The position numbers and the translations under genes were made by a program. A stretch of DNA of 64,000 nucleotides from Candidatus Krumholzibacteriales bacterium (GTDB lineage Bacteria > Krumholzibacteriota > Krumholzibacteriia > Krumholzibacteriales > WJIX01), in contig JAWODM010000004.1 of assembly GCA_046483305.1 (NCBI GenBank), positions 1 through 64,000 of the forward strand. Direction: 5' to 3'. How positions within the stretch are numbered: the first letter of the stretch is position 1; each line of letters opens with the position of its first letter. This document shows, piece by piece, positions 57,266 to 64,000 of this stretch. Below the pieces are notes generated by a model, which ran no database searches, was not told where the DNA came from, and was given only the letters and a program-made list of their open reading frames with translations.

Positions 57266-59794
57266 ATGTCATTCAGGTACCGGAGCTTTCTTTCAGTAGT
57301 AATCCTGTCATTTCTGGTTCTCAACTTTACGGCAGTTCCCTCAGCTGCGGGCGGCGACCCCGAAATAGAAGCGCTGCAGAGGGAGATAGACAGAAAAGGT
57401 TATCATTGGACGGCTAAGAGGACTCCTCTGACCGGCCTGACAGAAGAAGAGTTCCGGGCGATGCTGGGAGCCAGAATACCTGAAGAACTCAAAAAGCGCC
57501 TGGAGAGTAATGATAATTCTGAATATAAGACAGCCAGCTCAATGACGCTCCCTTCGAGCTGGGACTGGCGCGATTACGGGGTGGCCACTGAGATCAGGGA
57601 CCAGGATGGATGCGGAAGCTGCTGGGACTTTGCCGGGATAGCGGCTCTGGAAGCGGTGATAGATATAAACGAGGGAGTTGAATACGACCTCTCCGAGCAG
57701 CAGATTCTGTCCTGTGCCACTCCCGGTTACGGTTGCAGCGGGGGGTGGTATTCCTGGGCATGGGATTATATAACCGGAAACGGGGCGGTACTGGAAAGCT
57801 GCATGCCATACCAGGCTTCGGACACCGTTGCCTGCGCGGACGGCTCCTGCGGGAAGGTCGCCACCACCGGTGGATGGATAGATATACCGAACAATGTGGA
57901 TGCCATAAAGGAAGCGGTGATGGAATCTCCCGTTGCCACCACCTTCACCGTATATAACGACTTCAGCAGTTACGGAGGGGGCTGTTATGAGCATGATGGG
58001 GATGATCCCATAAATCATGCAGTTCTGATTATCGGGTGGCAGGATACGCTTTGCAACGGAGAGGGGGCGTGGCTTATAAAGAACAGCTGGGGAACCGGCT
58101 GGGGCTTGTCCGGATACGGATACATCAAGTACGGTTCCTGTAATATAGGAACTGCCACCCAGCAGGTCTTCTACAATCCGGGCGATAACCTGGTGTATCA
58201 TTCAAACAGCCTGGACGACACCGCCGGCGACGGAGACGGAAGAATAGACCCGGCCGAGACCGTGGATCTTACCGTAACGCTGTTCAATGATATTCTTTCT
58301 CCTGCCCGTACCGGAGTTCAGGCAGCCATTGCTTCCCTGAACCCGTTAGCTAAAATCACCGGCGCTGTTTCGGGTTACGGTTCCATGAACGCCGGTGATT
58401 ACGCTGACGGAAACCCGCCCTATTCGCTGTCACTCAATGAGTTCACGGCCCCCGGAGAAATAATTTATCTGGCTTTGGATATCAGCGCTGACGGCGGATA
58501 CGCGGGCAGTGATACTTTCAGCATCAGGGCGGGGGACTGCCCCATACTTCTGGTGGACGACGATGCGGGAAGCTCGTTTGAGAGCTACTTTGAGCAGGCT
58601 CTGGAAAATAACGGATATATTTTCGAAGTCTGGGAAGAAGATAAAAAAGGGTACATCACAGCGGCTGAAATGATGAGATACACGGTGGTTGTATGGATGA
58701 CCGGAACAGGCGGGGATATCCAGCAGGATAACAGGAACGCCATATCTACCTTCCTGGACTCGGGCGGAAGGCTCCTGATCTCGGGGCAGGATGTGGGGTG
58801 GCAGCTTAATCATGAAGGCTACGCTGCCGAGATAGCATTCTATAACGATTACCTTCACGCGGACTATATTCAGGATGATTCCGGGTTCCGGTCCCTGAAC
58901 GGAATATCCGGCGACCCCATAGGGGACGGCCTGAATATCGAGATCGGAGGAGGCGACGGGAGCGGTGATCAGGACTGGCCCAGCGAAATAGAGCCCCTTG
59001 GCCCGGCTGTTCCTGTTTTTGAATACAATCCGGGAGTGGAGGGAGCCATAAGGATAGAGGATGCTCACAAACTCGTATATTTCGCTTTTGGAATAGAAGC
59101 TGTAGGCAGCGAGGCCATGAGAGATTCGATTATGGCGAGGTCTCTGGAGTGGCTGGCCGACGGAAACTGGCCCGATCTGGAGCAACCGGCAGTTACTCTG
59201 ATGAGCCCGAACGGAACGGAAGAATTATATTATACACAGGAGGAGGAGATTACCTGGGCCGCCTCCGATAATGATACTGTTTCCGAAGTTGATATACTTC
59301 TGTCATGTGACGGCGGGGCCGCCTTCGCGGATACCATAGCCTGCGGGGAAGTCAATGATGGATCGTTCGCCTGGACTGTTCCGGACAGCAGCAGCGCCGA
59401 ATGCGTTATCAGAATAGTAGCCAGAGATCCTTCAGGGCTTGCGCAGTATGATGATTCCGATCAATTCTTTTCCATTCATTCGGTAACTGATTCTGAAAAC
59501 CGGGATGCAATAAGAAGATTCGCTCTATCCAGCAATATCCCCAACCCGTTCAATCCGTTAACCAGGATAGATTTCAACGTTCCCCGTCAGGCCAGAGTCC
59601 GCATATCCGTATATGACATAAGAGGAAGGCTGGTTGCCACACTGGTTGACAGAGAATTCAGTCCTGGTTCCTACCACACTGTATGGAACGGGAAGAACAG
59701 GCAGGGGACGAAGGTGGCTTCGGGAATATACTTCTGCAGGATGAAGGGGGGAGAAAAATTCCTGGAAACCAGGAAGATGGTGCTTCTCCGCTGA
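57266..59794 (+). CDS. papain-like C1 cysteine peptidase with accessory modules and FlgD-Ig/T9SS-like CTD
   Basis: LPSSWDWR, DQDGCGSCWDF, LSEQQIL, NHAV, KNSWG; SNIPNPFNP...ASGIYF...RKMVLLR. Confidence 0.92.
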   Translation: MSFRYRSFLSVVILSFLVLNFTAVPSAAGGDPEIEALQREIDRKGYHWTAKRTPLTGLTEEEFRAMLGARIPEELKKRLESNDNSEYKTASSMTLPSSWDWRDYGVATEIRDQDGCGSCWDFAGIAALEAVIDINEGVEYDLSEQQILSCATPGYGCSGGWYSWAWDYITGNGAVLESCMPYQASDTVACADGSCGKVATTGGWIDIPNNVDAIKEAVMESPVATTFTVYNDFSSYGGGCYEHDGDDPINHAVLIIGWQDTLCNGEGAWLIKNSWGTGWGLSGYGYIKYGSCNIGTATQQVFYNPGDNLVYHSNSLDDTAGDGDGRIDPAETVDLTVTLFNDILSPARTGVQAAIASLNPLAKITGAVSGYGSMNAGDYADGNPPYSLSLNEFTAPGEIIYLALDISADGGYAGSDTFSIRAGDCPILLVDDDAGSSFESYFEQALENNGYIFEVWEEDKKGYITAAEMMRYTVVVWMTGTGGDIQQDNRNAISTFLDSGGRLLISGQDVGWQLNHEGYAAEIAFYNDYLHADYIQDDSGFRSLNGISGDPIGDGLNIEIGGGDGSGDQDWPSEIEPLGPAVPVFEYNPGVEGAIRIEDAHKLVYFAFGIEAVGSEAMRDSIMARSLEWLADGNWPDLEQPAVTLMSPNGTEELYYTQEEEITWAASDNDTVSEVDILLSCDGGAAFADTIACGEVNDGSFAWTVPDSSSAECVIRIVARDPSGLAQYDDSDQFFSIHSVTDSENRDAIRRFALSSNIPNPFNPLTRIDFNVPRQARVRISVYDIRGRLVATLVDREFSPGSYHTVWNGKNRQGTKVASGIYFCRMKGGEKFLETRKMVLLR

Positions 59795-59916
59795 GCGCCC
59801 GGAATTATTGTTGTATCCCCCGGCCCCGGGTCGATTCCGCTGTTTAAACCTGGAGTGTGTAACGCAGGAATATGTATCCCGCAATTAATATCAGGGGCCC
59901 CGGTTCAATAAAGTTC

Positions 59917-59945
59917 TTGAACCTGTTTCTGTAATCGCGTAATGT
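59917..59945 (+). promoter_or_regulatory. putative sigma70 promoter
   Basis: TTGAAC, 17 nt, TAATGT upstream of the GNAT gene. Confidence 0.4.
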
Positions 59946-60051
59946 AATAACAGGTACAGCTGGATATGAAAGGCCTGCTGGTTTAATAGGAAAGGCCCAT
60001 GTACTGATCAGCGCTCGAAAATCTCAGTTAATATTCAAGGGAAGGGATCTA

Positions 60052-60543
60052 ATGGATAATTCTACGGGTGAAAAAGCAAATGATGAAATAAGTATATTTG
60101 ATATCAGAACCAGGGACGACATCCCGGATTGGACCAGTTTCGATTCCCTGGCCCGGTTTCTTCACGAGAGTCTGAAACCTTTCGAGGACCCGCTTCCCGA
60201 GGTCGAAAAGGGGATGGATTACGCTCTTTCTTCCACCAGGGCAAAGGACGGTTTCATAGTACTGGCCGCCAGGGGCGAAAATCCCATAGGGGCAGTGGTT
60301 ATGCTTGAGACCAATATGTCCGGGTATGTCCCAAAACACCTGCTTCTTTTTGTGGCGGTCCGCCCGGAAGAGAGAGGCCGGGGTATTGGCGGCAGGATTA
60401 TCATGGAAGCTATTGACAGGTGTGATGGAAACGTAAATCTCCATGTGGAATACGATAATCCCGCCAAGAGGCTCTACGAGAGGCTGGGCTTTGTAAACAA
60501 GTACGCCGATATGCGTTACTACAAGGGGGAACAGGGTGAATAA
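60052..60543 (+). CDS. GNAT family N-acetyltransferase
   Basis: VAVRPEERGRGIG, LHVEYDNPAKRLYERLGF. Confidence 0.92.
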   Translation: MDNSTGEKANDEISIFDIRTRDDIPDWTSFDSLARFLHESLKPFEDPLPEVEKGMDYALSSTRAKDGFIVLAARGENPIGAVVMLETNMSGYVPKHLLLFVAVRPEERGRGIGGRIIMEAIDRCDGNVNLHVEYDNPAKRLYERLGFVNKYADMRYYKGEQGE

Positions 60544-61678
60544 GCTCGTTATCAATCTTGAGGCAATGCACCATAACCTGATCACTATTAATAAATGGAT
60601 GGAGGAGCAGAACGCCAGATGGACGGTTGTGACCAAGGTCCTCTGCGGGCATGTGGAAACTCTGGAAGCGCTGGTTCTGAGCGGAGTCCGGTCCATAGGG
60701 GAATCAAGGTTCAAGAATCTGATATCCTTCAAGGAATACGTACCCAATCTGGAGACCTGGTATCTGAGAATTCCGAGCATGTCGGCTATAGACAAGATTG
60801 TCAAATATGCCAATATAAGCCTGAACAGCGAGATGGATATCATAGAGGCCATCAATAAGGAAGCGCGAAAACAGGACCTTATCCACAGGGTTGTTATCAT
60901 GATCGAGCTTGGCGATCTTCGTGAGGGTATTCTGCCAAGCAGCCTGATAAAATTCTATAAGCATATATTTGAACTTTCCAATGTAAGTGTAATAGGTATA
61001 GGAGCCAACCTGGGCTGCCTGGCCGGAGCGGTCCCAAACGTGGATCAGTTTGTGCAGCTCCAGCTGTATAAGGAACTGCTTGAGCTGAAATTCGGCAAGG
61101 AAATGCCTCTAATATCGGCAGGGTCAACCGCCACTCTGCCGCTTGTTATCGACAAATCTCTTCCAAAGGGGATAAATCATTTCAGAATCGGCGAAGGGGT
61201 ATTTCTGGGCACCGACCTCATTAATGGAGGGACCCTTCCGAATCTCAGGAATGATACCGTCATACTCAAGGGCGAGATTATCGAAATCAAGAAGAAGAGC
61301 CTGATGGCCCAGGTGGAAACCGGCAACTCCGCGCCTTTTGACAGTTCCGGTGACGAGGAAGATTATGAGCCAGGACAGAGAGGTTACCGCGCGCTGGTGA
61401 ATGTGGGCCAGCTGGACACCAATGTCCAGGGGCTGATTCCGCAGAACCCTTCCCATAAAATAGCTGGCGCAAGCAGCGATATTACCGTGGTTAACGTCGG
61501 AGAGAATCCTTCCGGACTAAAGATTGGGGGCACCATAGATTTTCATCTGGATTACGCGGCCCTGCTTGGTTTGATGAGCAGCGAGTACGTTGAGAAGGAG
61601 GTTGAACCGCCAATTGATGAATTCAAGGAACTCGTCAACCGGGAAGGCAAGTTGTCGATTCCTCTGCCCTTTGAATAA
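60536..61678 (+). CDS. alanine/ornithine racemase-family PLP enzyme
   Basis: VVTKVLCG (PLP Lys), IGESRF, MIELGDLREGI, GANLGC, INHFRIGE, IAGASSD. Confidence 0.85.
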   Translation: MNKLVINLEAMHHNLITINKWMEEQNARWTVVTKVLCGHVETLEALVLSGVRSIGESRFKNLISFKEYVPNLETWYLRIPSMSAIDKIVKYANISLNSEMDIIEAINKEARKQDLIHRVVIMIELGDLREGILPSSLIKFYKHIFELSNVSVIGIGANLGCLAGAVPNVDQFVQLQLYKELLELKFGKEMPLISAGSTATLPLVIDKSLPKGINHFRIGEGVFLGTDLINGGTLPNLRNDTVILKGEIIEIKKKSLMAQVETGNSAPFDSSGDEEDYEPGQRGYRALVNVGQLDTNVQGLIPQNPSHKIAGASSDITVVNVGENPSGLKIGGTIDFHLDYAALLGLMSSEYVEKEVEPPIDEFKELVNREGKLSIPLPFE

Positions 61679-61744
61679 GGCAAATCCCGTGAAATCCTTC
61701 TTATTCCAATAACAGAACATAATTAAAAGTGAGAGACTGATCCT

Positions 61745-62330
61745 CCGGGAATAGTAATAGCCTGCATGGTATTCATCTTTATTAGAGGTGTTTCAAAGGC
61801 GAGGAAGATCGGCGGCGCGGACGATTTTCTGGTTGCAGGGCGGAGTTTGGGCTGGTTTTTTTCTCTTCCGCACCATGGGGGCTGCTGTGGTCGGCGGATT
61901 CGGCTATCAACTCCTCCACCGTATAGTCGTAGGGGAACCTTTCGAAGATCAGCCGGGACGGGAGGATAAAGGGTACGGCGATTGCCGAACCCGGCCGGGA
62001 TATGTTCGGCATCCCCGCGGGGCTTGATTCCATCGCGGTCGCGGCTGTCTGGCCGGATATAATCGGGCTGCAACTGTTTACGTGTCATCACTGGGCTCCA
62101 GCTGTAACTGTGCCGAAAGTAGTTGGAGTGTTCCATGAAGAGAGGTCGAGGAAGCTGAATAACCGGATAATGGTAGCGACGCTTGCCGCGATAGCCGGCA
62201 GTCACCCCGGTTTACAGGTTCATATTTTACAGTGGTTGGGTGAATACTGCGGGGTTCGAAATACTGATGCGGAATCTTATCGCCATTGACCCGGCGGGGG
62301 TGGGTGTATTCATGTCTCTGTCCGTATTCT
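61745..62330 (+). pseudogene. degraded sodium:solute symporter (SSS family) remnant
   Basis: DDFLVAGRSLGWFF is a typical SSS N-terminus. It continues in another frame after the T7 run at 61856-61862 (TMGAAVVGG). Further fragments follow; total length is far too short for an intact SSS gene. Confidence 0.7.
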
Positions 62331-62380
62331 GTCTTCTGAGGTTGTTCGCTGGAAATGATGCCGCCGCGAAATAAAAACGC

Positions 62381-63685
62381 CTACCTGATAAGATCGATGA
62401 TCATATCCCGGTATCTCTCTGAGGCTCCCAGATGAGAATCAATATATTCTCTTCCCTTTTGACCCCTCCGCCGCAGCTCATTCCGGTCGGAAAGAAGGCT
62501 GGCTGCAGTTTCCTCGAAATCTTCCGGCGATTCAACAACCATTCCGGATCCAATCTCTTTCAGCTCCCCGGCTTCATGGGAGTTATCTATGCCGGGCCCG
62601 AACATGACCGGGATTCCAAGTACCGCCGGCTCCAGGACATTGTGAACGCCCGAGGAGAACCCGCCTCCCACATAGGCCAGAATTCCGGAGCGGTAGAGTT
62701 CCGCCAGGTAACCTATCCCGTCAGCTATGATGATGGGACTTGAAACAGCGTTGTCCATTTCTGATATGGTTACGCAATCCAGGGATAGTTTTTCAGAAGA
62801 TCGGATTATTTCAGCTACTCTCTCTTCGGTAGGCTCGTGAGGCGCTATAACCAATGTTAGATTTTCGAACCCTTCTATCAGGCCGGTGAATCCCCTCAGA
62901 AGCAGATCTTCATCGCCGGGCCAGGTGCTGCCGGCTATTAAATAATCGCGGGCGGCCGGCAGGCGGGGGGATACCGCCGGTCCTCCCGGCGAAGAAACCC
63001 GCAGGTGAACCTGGTCGTATTTGGTGTCTCCGCCGGTTACAACTGTGGCTTCCGGAGATGACTCCCTGAACCTTTCGGCATCCTGTTCGGTGGACGCCGA
63101 TATAAAGGTCATGGCAGAATATAGTTTTCCGTAAAACCAGCGGGCTGGGGCTGAAGAATACCTGCCCGATGACGAAGAGAGGCCTCCGGATATTAGAATC
63201 TGGGGAATGCCCTGCCGGGAAGTTTCCAGGATCAGGTTGGGCCAGAGGTCATACTTTACGTAGACTATCAGGTCCGGTTTCAACATTTCAAGACAGAAGC
63301 GGGCATTGGAGGGGGTATCCAGCGGAAGGTAATCGACGAAGGAAATATTGCCGGAATCGCCGCCGTCCAGAAATTTCGAGAAATTGTCAATCCCTGATGG
63401 AGATGAAAATGTTAGAGCTATTTCCATCTTCCCGGATTCATCCTCTGAGAGCAGGGATATTACAGGTTCCGCCTGAAGGAATTCCCCCAGTGAGGAGACA
63501 TGAAACCAGATCCTTTTCCCGGAGCCTTTTAATTGTTCTGATTTCGCTGCCCAGCGTTCCCTTATCTTCGCCGTGGCTTCGGCTCTGGCCTTCAGCTTGT
63601 CACTGAAAAATCCTGCAAGTTTCAGAAACGGACGCAGTATAAGGGTGATCGCCGAATATATGAATATCGTCACTCTGAACATCAC
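62381..63685 (-). CDS. waaA: 3-deoxy-D-manno-octulosonic acid (Kdo) transferase
   Basis: IWFHVSSLGE, YLPLD, DLWPN, GDTKYD, AGSTW, APHEP, YVGGGF...HNVLEPA..G.PV.FGP. Confidence 0.92.
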   Translation of the reverse strand: MMFRVTIFIYSAITLILRPFLKLAGFFSDKLKARAEATAKIRERWAAKSEQLKGSGKRIWFHVSSLGEFLQAEPVISLLSEDESGKMEIALTFSSPSGIDNFSKFLDGGDSGNISFVDYLPLDTPSNARFCLEMLKPDLIVYVKYDLWPNLILETSRQGIPQILISGGLSSSSGRYSSAPARWFYGKLYSAMTFISASTEQDAERFRESSPEATVVTGGDTKYDQVHLRVSSPGGPAVSPRLPAARDYLIAGSTWPGDEDLLLRGFTGLIEGFENLTLVIAPHEPTEERVAEIIRSSEKLSLDCVTISEMDNAVSSPIIIADGIGYLAELYRSGILAYVGGGFSSGVHNVLEPAVLGIPVMFGPGIDNSHEAGELKEIGSGMVVESPEDFEETAASLLSDRNELRRRGQKGREYIDSHLGASERYRDMIIDLIR

Positions 63686-63999
63686 TGATCAGCTCTCTTA
63701 CTCTCGGATATTCCGGCCCGTTCGCGTCCCAGCAGGGAAAGAGCCGCCGCCACCACTTCCCCGGGGTCAATTGAATCCAGACATGATTTCTCGCTGTATG
63801 GGCAGGGTTTTGCTCCGTTTCTGGAACATGGCCTGCATTCCAGATCCTTCTCAATAACCCGGCTCCCTTCCAGACGGGGGTAGAATCCGAATTCTCTGAC
63901 AGTTGGGCCGAAAAGGGCCACCACCGGCGTTCCTGCCAATTCAGAGAGATGCAACAGCGCTGAGTCATTTGTAATAAGCAGGTCGGATATTCGCAGTAC
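63682..63999 (-). CDS. GT9 family glycosyltransferase (heptosyltransferase-like), 5' part outside the window
   Basis: Frame open to the window edge: LLITNDSALLHLSELAGTPVVALFGPT...LECRPCS...C...CL. Confidence 0.85.
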   Translation of the reverse strand, partial: VLRISDLLITNDSALLHLSELAGTPVVALFGPTVREFGFYPRLEGSRVIEKDLECRPCSRNGAKPCPYSEKSCLDSIDPGEVVAAALSLLGRERAGISESKRADQ

Positions 64000-64000
64000 C

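Noticed and set aside
56872..57272. Short minus-strand ORFs (63 and 70 aa) in the tsaC-peptidase gap
   Set aside because: No clear SD or recognisable motif; may be spurious or a decayed remnant.

Overview
64 kb from a diderm, LPS-producing bacterium (waaA and a GT9 glycosyltransferase at the right edge). Repeated FlgD-Ig/T9SS-like C-terminal domains and PorV-like barrels suggest an FCB-superphylum lineage such as Krumholzibacteriota or Latescibacterota; this is inference. Almost every real gene from 1 to ~62.3 kb is on the + strand. In order: a probable transposase C-terminus; a large secreted protein with a strong sigma70 promoter, structured leader and terminator; two paralogous lipoproteins, a CTD protein and an S8 peptidase; ppdK followed by a CDP-alcohol phosphatidyltransferase, a DUF4388 protein and an outer-membrane/CBM48 cluster. 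The most striking block is 21.2-42.3 kb: a sigma54-type promoter, a 4035-aa invasin-like adhesin, a PorV-TPR fusion, a 1410-aa RsbW-kinase/HAMP/SpoIIE/transposase-like HTH/3xSTAS protein, an orphan ParA, a TPR protein and two STAS proteins. After it come a vWA membrane protein, a lamin-tail/barrel/HhH trio, an aminotransferase, arcC, larA-like, purD, purE, tsaC, a C1 peptidase, GNAT plus racemase, a decayed sodium:solute symporter, and waaA. No rRNA, tRNA or CRISPR array was seen. All domain calls come from motif recognition by eye, with no database searches.
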